Below, in pieces: positions 1 through 27,650 of a DNA stretch of 64,000 bases. Positions within the stretch are counted from its first letter, which is position 1; the number at the start of each line of letters is the position of its first letter. This DNA is from Tubiluchus corallicola. Its lineage: Eukaryota; Animalia; Priapulida. The notes under the pieces are model-generated. The model was not told where the DNA came from. It did no database searches and saw nothing but the letters and a program-made list of their open reading frames with translations. A program made the position numbers and the translations under genes. The DNA lies in contig JAQGDQ010000323.1 in the NCBI GenBank assembly GCA_030141605.1, positions 124,001 through 188,000 on the forward strand, read 5' to 3'.

Positions 1-31
<31 letters not shown>

Positions 32-42
32 GCCATCATCAT
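1..42. repeat. (CAT)n microsatellite
   Basis: Run of catcatcat at the window start, inside a HEATR6 intron. Confidence 0.9.
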
Positions 43-270
43 TTATTTATTTGTCATTATAATAACATTTGGCATTATTACTATCATTTTTATCACTATC
101 AAATTTTAAATTATCTTTATCACTTTCATTACTATAGCAAATATTGCAAAATTACTAAAAAAGAAAAATTAATCCGAAGTACGAAATAAAGTACGAAGAT
201 AAAGGACACATTTTACACTCTAATCTAGATATATTTTCATAGTATGTATATGTTAGTTCAAGAGACTTAC

Positions 271-3200
271 CTCGATGGTGCGTAACAACGCAGTGAATGC
301 ACAATGTCTAACTTTAGTGTGCATTGACCTGAGCTTGACCACTTGACCACCTTCCGTATCTGAGCACTCGCTCTCTGAGCTGCTGACCTGGGAATAATTA
401 AAAAGTTTGACGAGGATCACCAGTTGCACAGATAAAAAATAATGTCAAACTTCCTGCACTTTCACGTAACTAGAAAAAGATGCAGATCCCAATAAGAGCA
501 AATAACAATTGTTCTTTTACAAAGTTCAAAGTCTATGTTGGTAGTAACTATCCGTCTACCGTCACTAATGAATTAAGTACTTAGATCTATACTCCATAGA
601 TGAAGTTATTTAAATAAAGTTCCTTCAAGCTTTTGGCTTATTTTGACTAATTTTTGCACTTAGGCATGGCTAAATTTGGCTTAGTTTGGCTTTATTTATG
701 AAGAATTTGGCCTACGAATGGCTCCGTCATTGGCAACCATGCCTGAAGGTCTTGCTATATGAGCCATATGAATGGCCACAACCAGAAATAAGACAATTTT
801 TGCAGTAATCGAGATACTTCATTCATTCTGTCTATTACAAGTAACAAACAAACAATAGTTTGTTTTTCATTATTTATCTTTGCTGTTTGTATATTTTACA
901 TGCTGATGACTAGCAATACAGTAAAGTCACACAGTAGCTGGTCATGAACACAAAGAAATTAAAATATTGTTAAACAAGTTTTTTTATGATTTTCTCAATT
1001 CTTTTGGAAGCCATGCCTGTAAAGCTGTTTCTCTGTTTATGGACAAATGTGGATGCTAGTGATGATGTAAGAAAAAGAAAAGGCTTTAAGCAGAAAAACT
1101 GAAAGTTACTGTACCTGCCATGCTGGTCGTAAGAATAGCGTGTTGGTCAAACCATAACGATCATACGAAGGCGGGTCAGCTTCATCCTGTTCACCTAAAA
1201 GCGTTAAATCAAAGTTTACGAAAACATATCTGCTACACAGTAATATAGTTGATTTTCTAATAACACAACCAGATTTAGCAAGTTATTTAGTTTTCAATGT
1301 TTGATACACATACACTCGCCTGGACAAATTCAGTTTTGTCAAATTGTCAAGAAAATGACCCAAAATTTCTTATGCAAAATTCTATGACAACCGAACAGGT
1401 GTAAGAAGTATATTCTTAGACCTTGCAAAATACAAACTACAAATATAAGATTTTGAAAATAAAAGAAAAGCTTATATTAGCTGCAACATTGTATGAAAAT
1501 GCTTGTTTAAAAGTTTAAGAAAATTAAACTTGAAATTTAAACTGACCATTGCTTACAGCCATTTTAACGGTAAGTCGTTTGACGCAAGTTTAGATAACAC
1601 TGTGTAAAGTCCAACAAATAATAATCAGAACATTCGTAGCACACTCTTCACTAACTAAGCAAAAGTCAAAATTACTTTTTAATGTCAATAAGATCAATAA
1701 TGTGTTTTTGGTTGAGCCAGTTAAGTTTTTTATGATAAGGCTTTTTGGTGCGCACTTGGTTATGAAACAATCACGTTTTACTAGGCGTTGCAAACATTTC
1801 AAATTATTAAGAATTTTCTTTTTCACTTACATAAGTCTTTCTAACAGGTAAGCATAATGCTTAGTAATATAATTTTGCATGTTTTATGGACATGAAGTTT
1901 TTTGAGACATACTTTAGAATCCGTTTTCTTCCCCTTTAGTCCCACAAAATCTTCAGCAGTGGCATGGTTTAAACAGAGCAGCATGACAGTAGTGTTGTAC
2001 AGCCTTTGATACATTGATACTGTGAAATCTTTTAGTCTCACAGAGATACATAATTCCATCATTAATCAATGATTAATAAGTTTCTCAAATAACGAGTTTT
2101 ATAAATGATGTAGCTTATTCTAGAACATATGCCTTGCTTAAACAGCCTCGGTTGGTGTTATAAAGAAATCTTTTCTAACTAATGTTTTTGCTAACCACCC
2201 GGAAAACAAAGTAAAGTACTTTAGGTGCAGTAAAGTAAAATTTTTCATTGTGAGGCTTCTAGTGTAGTGATTTATGCAAAAAAGATCTATTCAGAACAAG
2301 TCTTTTCATAAAAACTCCAAGCAAGATGATTTGCAAATACGCAAGAACAAACCTCTCAACACCTTAGCAGAAGGCAAATCTGGAAATTTTTCAAAAAAGT
2401 TAAAAACCTAGAGATTCCTTAAAAAACCTGGAGATTTTACTTTGCAAAAATAAAACCAGGTTATGATCACAATGCAATCGAGAAAACTGACATAGTTAAA
2501 CATTAAAACAGTTTCACAATAACTTTGCTAGTTCAAAACAGCAAAATAACATCTTGCATTTGTTAAGTTTGGTTATCGATCCTGTGCATTTTTGATTCAA
2601 AGTGAGTTTATTAAAGAGGTGGCCTGGAAGTAGCGGCACTCTAAACTGATTTGGAGAAGAAAAGCTTCGTATTTCTTTAGTTTTATTCAGTATTATAAAA
2701 ATTTAATGATCTCTTTATTTACCGTGAGAACGTTAAACTGATAGACCATCAGAAATCAGTTAAAATTGTGAGACTCACAGTAAAACCGTGAGATTACAAG
2801 CAGAGGCCAAATCAAATTTAAGAACAATTATTTGTCTGCAGGTTACAAAATACAATAGATTTACCAATGTCTATGCTTTGTAAATTTTCCCTCCGTTTTT
2901 CTTCTTTCCTGGCGGCGCTCTTCTTTCCGGGTTTACGTTTCTTTTTCCTAGTTTCTGCACGCTTGTTTCTTTTGCTGTATGCAGTGGCATCGACTGTGGG
3001 GGAAGGCGGCGGTGTCGGGACAGGACTTGTAGGCGTGTCAGTCTGGACAAGAGGGTAAATAGAGTCAGGAACACGTTCACTTTGACCGGGTAGACCCGAC
3101 ATCATATGGTACTGAAAAAACAAAGAAGATAATAATAAATCATAACTTTTTGTGCTAGAAATTCTGGGAATATGAAATATGGGGCATGGCACATGTCCAA

Positions 3201-6200
3201 CTCTGGCTAGCCCACTTCAATATAGTCGACAAAAATTGTAAAAAATAGATGGTCAAACAGCTATCATCACAGCTGTCAGCACTTGAGCTGACCAACAGAC
3301 TTATCAATTCCAAAAAGCGAACATCCGAGTATTATTCTATTATTATTGTAAATTAGTGTCACAAAAGATGTCACGGTCAGCAAACATTCCAGCAAAACAA
3401 ACCTTTAGTGCCGCCAGGAGTACTCCCAAATGTTTTGAATGATGTTTCCTGGAAAAAGTCAAAATGTTCTGCATTCCTTTCAATGCGCTGACTAAGTTCT
3501 GAAATAAAAAGATGTAGGTAAAACACGAATAGTTCATGAAATCAAAAATTTTAAAGCTACAAAAACATATATTATACTGATGTAGAAAAGTTCAAAATCA
3601 CAACACAAACAGAAAGAAACATGATATTGGCAACATATCTTATTATCTGATTGTTTTAAATTAATTAATAGCTGAATAATTGATGTATTTTCAGTAATGC
3701 AGTTCATTACTAGAGTTTCAACTATATTTGAGAAATTCTGTTTATGCGTTGTTTGGGTGGAAGCAAATGAAATATGATTACAGACGTGCAACTGTGAACG
3801 ATACATTTGAAGGACAAGAAAACACTCTTCATAAATAGAATTTAAAATACATCTAGAAATTTTGGAAGTAGATCACTTACATGCTGTCTTACTGTACACA
3901 GAGCATGCATTAGCAGTAACGCTGTACAAAATAAGTAGATTTAAACTCCCACGATGAGCGTTAGATGCAGCCATTTTGACGGAGCATTGTTTGATAAAAT
4001 TTGGCAAAATTCAAAAGAATGGCATTTCTAATTAGTCAATAGTATAAATTACTTCATCTTGTCAATAAGATTTTTAACATATTTTTTCGTGAGACGTTGG
4101 CGTTTTTTTTTGGTGCACAATGGATTAGTGAAACAATGACATTTTACCAGGTGGTGCAAACATTTAAAACTATTAATAATTTTCTTTTTCATTTGCACAC
4201 GTCTTTCAAGCAGGTAAACGTAATGCTAAGTAACATAAAGTTTTTGTGACATACGTTAAAAGTCTCCTTTCTTCCCATTTAACACTTGGCAGAGCGAAAA
4301 GAAGAAATGAAACTAAGCTTACAAACAGCTACCGATTAACTCGTGTAAAACATTTATTAATATCATAAAAAACAGAAAACAGTGATTACCCGACAGTGAC
4401 TGATTTCATCGTCCTGTGAATTTCTGGGCGAGCTTAGAACTTTCATAAACAGTTGAAGACATGTTTCGATTAATTCGTCATCCAGGTAGGGTGTTTTTTG
4501 GGTTCTGAAATGTATGACAAAAATCTGAAAAGCTTATTATGCACCATAATGACAAAAGCACAAGTGCAACAAAAAATGCATTTATGTGACAAAGCAATTG
4601 TGCAACATCAATTCAATTCAAGTTTATTAGCACAAATACAATGAGGTATCATGCCAAAAACAGGAGTTATTATAGGTATTACTCAGACAAAATATAGAAA
4701 AATTATAATACTATCACCTAAATATCAAATTAAAAATTGATTAAATTAGAACCATCAGAATATTGGTGAAGAAATTCAGAAATCAGATTTTGAATGCAAG
4801 TTAAGGCAGCAACAGTTATGAAACACATCACAGTAATGTAGAAAAAATGGACAATAAATAAAAATAACATAAACAAGTCATCAGGACAAAGATGAGTTTT
4901 TGCTGCCGAATTTTTATTCTTCCGGATGTAATCATTCAAGAAGTGTTAATTTGAAAACTGTGTTTCGTGAGCTTTCCACAAACGCCGATAAATAACTTTG
5001 TCAATTAACTCAGTAACACTAAATAGTAAGGTAAACAAAAAAGAAGTAAATAACTATGAAGTTATTTTTTGCTCAACAGGTACAAGTTATTTGAGAGTTT
5101 CCACTACAATTACAGAACGCTTTTTCATCATCGCGGGAGCAGAATTGACATCATCCCACCGTCATGGTCGTAGACTAGAATCATTTGTACTCTCAGAGCG
5201 TACTATACAATCACAAGCTGATTGTAGGTTTTTGTAATCACCATCGATAGTTTCTGCATAATTTTGAGCTAGGGAGTGCCAACAAGTGTGCTTTAGTTCA
5301 TAATTGTGTGTTTTGTCTTGTCTTGTGATGTCTAAGGAATCTTTCACATTCTTCAAAACTTTGTGAGGAGAGTCAGGGGTGAAACGTGGCCGAGACAGTT
5401 AGTGAAACGTGCTGTGCATGATTCTGGTTATAGTGACGTCATTTCAGAATTCACAATTTGTGGGTAGTCAGAACTCTGCATTTTACCTAGTGCATTTTGC
5501 ACAACATATGTACAAACGAAAGAAAATAAGAATACTGTATTTCTAAGGAGCAAACATATTAACTTCTCGACAGTGCTGTGTCAGTTAGTCAGTAAGTAAG
5601 TAAGTAACACATACTTCATGCACATATTTTCCACGCACTGCAGTGCACAACGTCGTGCATCGACGGTGAAACTCTGGTTATTTACGATATCGACTAAGAC
5701 GCCATGGTCCGGTGTAAGCAACATTTCTTGTACATCCTATTAAAAAAAACTCAGGTTACTCGCAAGACATTTACAAGTGACTAAAATGAACCTTCCTACA
5801 TAGTAATGAAGTTCATGGAATTCAGCTACCCGGCAGTCAAGACATCACGCCATCACCATCACCATAAAAAATTAAAAATTAAACCCAATTCAAAATACAG
5901 AGGGAAAAACCCTTTCACAGTTCCAGCGATTGATAATGATCGGGAAAAGGTCAAAGGTTAAGTGTACCAAACAACTCATTTGTGTACACTTGACAACGCC
6001 TCACAGCCGTGATAATAGCAGTTTTAACAGCTAGCTAGGACCTTACCCAGTTCATTTTTTCTTGCTTCCAAACGAGATCCAGCTAGTAAATTAATCTACA
6101 CACAAACTAATGTATAATTATGAAACGTCCATGTAAAACAACTGAAGCTACTGAACTGATGCACAAATGGCTTTACTTTACATACATTTCAATTTCAATC

Positions 6201-8452
6201 AAATTTACCGGGTATTATGGCTAAACAATTTACATCAACAATATATACAACTTATTGATAAATACATTATCTAATCACGAGAATTTCACATGTTATTATG
6301 CATGTTTTAGGGGAGACTTAGGGAAGCTGTCACATGACAGTTGCAGTTAAGACACATTGCTGTGGTACACGTAACTGTTGACCTGCCACACTGTGAAAAG
6401 GCTTATTAAGAAGCAAATTTAACCCACTAGTAAAGGAGCACCTTGTCAGTAGTTCAAAAAAGGATTGTTCTAGCCAACCCAAGCTCTTTCTTTCTTTCTC
6501 TCCCTATGCTCTTCTCTCTCTCTTTCTCTCTCCCTTCCTTTTCTTTCTCTCTCTATTTCTGTCCATCCCTTACTCACTCTCACTCTGAAATTAATCTGCA
6601 TTCAACATGGGATTGCAAGACATATCCACATCGAATCAAAGTCCTAATAATAATCATAAATAAATAAATGAACATGATTAATAAAGCAAAAAATATTTAG
6701 TTAATTTATAACAAAATCACACAATTACGCCACTTTCATGTCACCTTATTCAATCTCCCCGTATTTTCGTACAGGAGGGCCCCTAGAGCTCTGAGAGTGT
6801 TGGGTAGCGTCCACTGACCACAAGACATGATGCACTTATTCAAATAATCCACCAAGGTATGCAGTGCATCGTCATCTACTGTCACCTGTAAAAACAAAAG
6901 AGTCACAATGGAGTGTTACACATATTTAAACCGATAAATGCTCCTTACAAAATTACTAATGACGAAAAACTTAATAATCATTACTGATAATATCATTACT
7001 AAATTAAATTATGTTTACTTCAACGATGAGCTTCAAAATCTGCATTACCTGCGCAATTACAACCTTACAAAACTTTAAAAGACAGGAAACTTGTGTGCTT
7101 CTGTTATAAAAACATCATGTGAGTGTGACTTATAAAACTTAGCACACCACAAACAGTTAGGAGATGAGCTCCACATCGAATTTAAAACACAAGAAAACCT
7201 TCCACTTACATAAAGCTAAAAATTCATCTTTAAATTTTAAACCACTTATATACTATCTTACTGCAAACAGGGCTTGCGTCGGCAGTAACACTGTATGAAA
7301 CATGTAAATTTAAACTCCAGCGAAGACTGTTAAACACAGCCATTTTGACAATAGGTCATTTGAAACAAGTTTAGATAATACTGAGCAAAGTTTAAAAAAG
7401 TAATCAGAGTATCCATACCACACAATTCACTAACTAAATGAAATTTTAAATTACTGTATCTTGTCAATAAGATTAAAAACGGTTTTTGGTTAGTGAGTGG
7501 TGCACCCTGGAGGTGAGCCAACGACATTTTACCAATTGATGAAAACATCTTAAATAATTAATCACTGTCTTTTCTAGTTACGTAAGTCTTTCCAGCAGGT
7601 AAGCGAAATGCCAAGTAATGTAACATTGCATGCAAAGTTTTTTGGGACATAGTTTAACATTTCCTTTTTTCCCCTGATTTAAGTTGCGCGTATATGATGC
7701 CGCATAATGGCGCAGTCGGAACAGTATTGAGGGAGATTTAAAATGAAAGCAAACAAAAATTCCTTTCAATGCGAGTACAATGTATGCATAAAATTGTTAT
7801 AAAGTAATATAATTTTTGCAGGCGATTTTTCTGAAAGTCACACAAAACTATGAACATTACATAACACAAAGCCCAAGTTCAAGAAAACAAGCTTTTATGA
7901 AACTGGATGCAAGAAATGCTGAGTTATTTTACTGCCAGGTCCACTGTCTACACAGAATAAAAAACTGCAAAATCACCGTTTGTTTCTCCAGAATTTGGGA
8001 AACCAGTTGGCAATATTTGGTGACTAGATGATCATTAGATAAACCGATGTTTTCACTGAAGCGACAAAGTAATCGACAAGTCTCCACATCCTATATAGAA
8101 ATGCAAATACAAAATTTTTGAAATTTTTGGCATGACGTTACAAGATCAAATAGTGTATCAGTTCAATAATAAATTTTCAAGTGTGTTAACAACTCAAATG
8201 AGTTTTAAAATTGATTAAAAAGCACGTTTAATTACTCTAGCCTATAGGCTATACTCTAAGCCAAAATGATCTGGCGAAGCTTACGTCTTTGATGAATTTT
8301 GTCCCGTAATCTATAGAGTTAAACTCATCCAGCAAGTTATTGATTTCAATTTCGTGTCGGCTGTCTATCTTTGGTGGAAATCGTAAGACGATCTCTGATA
8401 ATTTTCGAAATTTCTGCAGCTCTGCAGCCAAATGAGACATGGAAGCAGACAT
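271..8452 (-). CDS. HEATR6: HEAT repeat-containing protein 6, 5' part (9 coding exons; continues beyond the left edge)
   Basis: GT-AG exons in consistent phase: 8452-8285, 8090-7977, 6885-6745, 5736-5615, 4504-4390, 3498-3403, 3111-2865, 1194-1115, 387-271. Peptides ...NDHLVTKYCQLV..., TLRALGALLYEN, PYLDDELIETCLQLF, SALKGMQNIL, LGVLLAALKYHMMSGLPG and AWQVSSSESECSDTEGG...KLRSMHTKVR follow the recalled HEATR6 N-terminus (WKRVSSSESDFSDAEGG) colinearly. Confidence 0.9.
1555..1940. mobile_element. Partial copy of non-autonomous DNA transposon family A (Kolobok-like)
   Basis: Shares cagccattttaacgg...gtcaataagat...caggtaagcataatgc...tttttgagacatacttt...cttccccttt with copies at 3.8, 7.1, 44.2, 44.6 and 58 kb. 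Confidence 0.7.
3808..4281. mobile_element. Family A non-autonomous DNA transposon, near full length (Kolobok-like)
   Basis: Begins ttgaaggacaagaaaacac and ends tttcttcccatttaa: short imperfect TIR with TTAA-like flanks. Internal sequence matches the other copies. Confidence 0.7.
6020..6165. repeat. Dispersed repeat (second copy at about 49382-49525)
   Basis: ttttaacagctagctaggaccttacccagttcatttttt...aactgaagctactgaactgatgc recurs with substitutions at 49.4 kb. Confidence 0.75.
7075..7682. mobile_element. Family A non-autonomous DNA transposon copy
   Basis: Starts ttaaaagacaggaaac, contains gcagtaacactgta...cagccattttgac...cagcaggtaagc, ends ttttcccctgatttaa. Confidence 0.65.
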
Positions 8453-8546
8453 ATTTTACGAGATGTGGTGCCACCTTTCGGATGAGTAAGACGTTCATTT
8501 GAAATATTTAGTCTACTGTACTTGGCACCGTACTACAGAAATAAAC
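8453..8546. promoter_or_regulatory. Very short bidirectional promoter HEATR6/COQ5
   Basis: 94 bp separate the two divergent ATGs (8452 minus, 8547 plus). Confidence 0.65.
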
Positions 8547-23368
<14,822 letters not shown>

Positions 23369-24108
23369 CATGATCAATTTTCATTATTAGAAATTGTTAA
23401 ACCCCTTATTAGTAGTACTGAAAAACCGTCTTTAATGATGTGATCATTTTAGTTGAATGAAATTGTGCTTGAACTCATGACAATTTAATAAAATCTGATA
23501 ACTTTTAAATTTGATATTTTTATTTTATGTACAAGATAAACTTAGATTACACTGTTTGTGATACGTACACTGTACATACATTAATAATTAACAGTACTAG
23601 AACTATAGTGTCCAACTTAGTAATATCTAAATACAAAATGATGGCAAACTATAAAGAATATTGTTAAAAATGCTTGCTTAGGAATACTGGTGAATTAACA
23701 ATGGTTCTGTAGATTTGAAATCATTTTCAAGTTAACAACAAATTAAACTCGATAAAATTCTTTAATTCAAAGAAATTAAAGTTTGAAGACATTAACGAAA
23801 AATATTTAAAGAGACAAATACTCCTGACTTCTAACAGCTTGTAAACAAAACATGTTATAGTTGTTGACATTTGCAGCTTAACAGTGTAAATGTTGGCCAC
23901 GTTTAGACATTTTTGACAGCAACTACTTTTTGAGACGAATCAAGAATACACAGTATACGTGCTGACTGGTATAAAGACGAGAGATCTGTGTGATACGTGT
24001 GCAAAATCAGTAACTGATTAATAACTGTTTAACTAGCAATGTCTATGTACATCACATGCAATGTGAAACTGGAATTGAAAGATGAAAATGATTTGGCGAG
24101 CAAAGAAT

Positions 24109-24393
<285 letters not shown>

Positions 24394-25249
24394 TCAATGT
24401 TTAATAAGCTTTATGCCTTTACAAAAGTAGCATAAATTTGTTGGATAATAACTTTAATTTTTACTGTTATTAGTGCTAAAGTATTCAGTACTGTGGTCTG
24501 TAGTGCTAGCATACACAGACATTTATAAGACATTTTTTTACACAGACATATTTATAAGACATTTTTTATTTAGCAGTGAACAAGAAATTTAAAAAAAGCA
24601 TAGGCTGCTGCTGCTGTTGAGCAGGTCCAGTGAAGACTACGTATGAGCAACCCGGTAAAGGTCAACTAGTTACCAGTAGCTGTTCTTCAATTGACAAATA
24701 GCGGAAGAGGCACGGGTTATAGCGGCATGCGTAGAAACTGCAACCATAGCCATCCATAGGCTATCTTCAGTTTAGGTCTACGTTATCTGTTTTAGTTTAC
24801 ACTACAACGTTTTGTGGCTGCGATAGATATTAATACTTCACTCACGTAAATTATTTAATTTCTGTTGTGCTAACATGTTTGTAATATATTAATAGTTCTT
24901 CAATTGGCAAATAGCCTATGGATGAGAACTATTATTTATATACAAGCATTTTAGCACAACAGAAATTAAATAATTTATGTGACTGAAGTATTAATATCTG
25001 TCGCAGTCACAAAACGTTGTAGCGTAAACTAAAACAGATACCGTAGCCCTTAACTAAAGATAGCGGAAGCGGCACGTGTTATAGCGGCGTGCGTAGAAAC
25101 TGCAAACATCAAAGTACCGAATTTTGAAAGCGTGTTGTACTTACCTCGGAGAATTTTGTAGCTTTCTAAAGTTAAAATCAGACTAATCGGCTGTGATAGT
25201 CCCAGGTGTTCAACGTAACTTTCTTCGAGGCACAAGCGCTTGTCAGAAT

Positions 25250-25440
25250 AGCGGGTTCAACAACAAATTTTGATCATTTACTTTGCGCGAAATTGGAAAT
25301 TTGTCCAAACACAACCTTCATATTATTGGTTAATCTGAAATAGGTGGAAACGTGATTGGCTGGTTTGTTACTGACAGTCTCTAGTGCTGTTGCACTACCC
25401 ACAATGCAACGGCTGCCGTGTCGGGATTTTTCGGTAAAAG
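25250..25440. promoter_or_regulatory. Bidirectional promoter DYNLL/SRSF with CCAAT boxes and a ZNF143/Staf-like site
   Basis: Three ATTGG motifs (about 25292, 25325, 25355) and ACTACCCACAATGCA (25394-25408), matching the Staf-binding motif common at bidirectional promoters. Confidence 0.65.
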
Positions 25441-25631
25441 TCGTAAAAGCTTATGTTACGGTGCTACACTAAGTTGTAGTTCGTCGTCGTGCAGCGTATC
25501 ACGTAAAAATTCCTTATTAATTTTTTATGCATTTATAAAGCAATGTGGACAAGATTAATTTCACGTTTACATTCATCAGTCTCAATTGTCTAATTTGGCT
25601 TTTGGACAGTCTTTTAAGCAGGTGGAGGAAA

Positions 25632-27650
25632 ATGAGTCGTAGCAAAGATTGCCGAGTTTATGTAGGAAATTTGCCACCTGACATTCGGGGAAAAGATTTG
25701 GAAGACGTGTTCTACAAATACGGCAAAATTATTTACATTGATTTAAAGAATAGACGTGGCCCTCCGTTCGCTTTTATAGAATTTGAAGATCCCAGGTAAT
25801 TAATTTGTTATTGGAATTACAATTTTTGCTGTGATTTAACTAGCACTGAGGAGAGACCGTCAGTAACGGTTAGGTCTTTTGGACTTCGCATACATTTTCG
25901 CAAGCAAGTACTAACTCATGTTTTTGAGTTTTTAACAACGATTTATTTTTCAGAGATGCTGCTGACGCTATTGAGGCTAGAGACGGCTACAACTATGATG
26001 GATACAGACTGCGTGTTGAATTCCCGAGAGGTAGTGGTTATGTTCCGCCTCGTGGCGGATTTCGAGGTGGAGGCAGTCGTAGGCCTGGACCTTCTTCCCG
26101 ACGTTCGGATTATCGCGTGATAGTGACGGGTATTGCTTTCTCGTAATTTTTTGCCTGTCTTGAGCAAAGATCATAGGGCCATCGTTTATGCTTAGTGATC
26201 AAAGTTAAACAACACTGAGCCTGCTTAGTAAATGGATAAGAGATTAGCTGGTTGAAATATGGGTGATGCCGTTTGTCCGTGCTATACATTTCACTTCCAC
26301 ACGTGCACAGAGAAGGATTGCTAAACTAGGTTGTGAGACGAACAATGGGTGTCGTGTTTTAATACAAATTCCTTTGTCTAGTTATAGTAGGCAATCAGTT
26401 GTAATACCAAAACCGCATTCGACTGTTAGTTTAGCTTTTTAAAATATTTTTAGGGTTGCCGCCAACTGGTAGTTGGCAAGACTTGAAGGATCATATGAGA
26501 GAAGCGGGGGATGTGTGCTACACGGATGTGTTCCGTGACGGAACGGGTGTAGTTGAATTCCTTCGCTATGAAGATATGAAGTATGCAGTGCGGAAGCTTG
26601 ACGATACCAAATTTCGATCTCATGAAGTGAGTAGCCACTGACCATGTGAATGAAAATGTGACACTAATGAAAATGTGAACTATGATGGTAATTTAGCTTA
26701 ATTATATGCAAATTTTGACTGAGCAATGGTGTCCAGGACCAGAATTTCATTATATTTTGCGAGATTCTAAACAGTCTCACCGTGATATTTTAAGAGAAAC
26801 CAGAGAATTGAAAGTTCAATTTTAATTTAAGTGATTTATATATTATAGAACTGTTAATAACTATCAGTATTAACATCAGGATTCTTTTTCAGAATTTCCT
26901 GATTCAGTCCGGTCCTCCAAGCTATTGAGAATCTTTTTTACTCTTCTCTTTGTAAGGAAGCCACCATCATCATTTCCTTCGTCAATTAATCTATCACAAG
27001 CATTTGAAACTACAAGTATTCTATATTTCTGATGTTCTAATATTCGAAACATGAGCACTGTAGTGGTGTCCGCTTGTTTAAATGAGGCGAAACATGAAAA
27101 AACTTTACCGATAATTTTATACTGTCTGTTTCGAGTTTGCATTCTGGTTGGCTTGGCAACGAGTGTCGAACCTGCAGTTTTTACGTGCAACTCTGCATGA
27201 GAAGCGCAGTGCGTCAAAGACACTTCGGAAGTAACTAAGAAATCTCGCAAGCACAATATGGCAGCATACAGGCTGACATACCCTGTGAGGCAAACAGCAA
27301 AATCAGATTAGTGAAGGTATTTCTTTATTTTTTAACATCCAAGTAAAACCCCCATGAATCTAACTAGATTTGCAATAATGCACATTGTCGCGAATGTTTA
27401 CGTGAATGAATTTGGGGATTTGCGTCGAAATTCTGGCCCTGGTGTCTAACATTACTCGAGATAATGTATTCTTTAAGTCGTTCTTCATCAATTTTTTAAG
27501 ATATCCATCAATTTTCAGGGAGAAACGAGTTATATCCGAGCAAGAGAAGACCACCCGGGCTCTGGCCGAGAAAGCCGATCTCGCAGTTATAGTCCATCGC
27601 CTGGACGATCACCGTCTTACTCTCCTAGGCGTTCACGAAGCACAACGTGA
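25632..27650 (+). CDS. SRSF1/9: SR splicing factor of the SRSF1/SRSF9 (ASF/SF2) family, 4 exons, 214 aa
   Basis: Exons 25632-25795, 25954-26129, 26454-26626, 27519-27650 (645 nt). RRM1 ([11 protein letters not shown]...[14 protein letters not shown]), Gly-rich linker, pseudo-RRM [15 protein letters not shown], short RS/SP tail. Confidence 0.96.
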
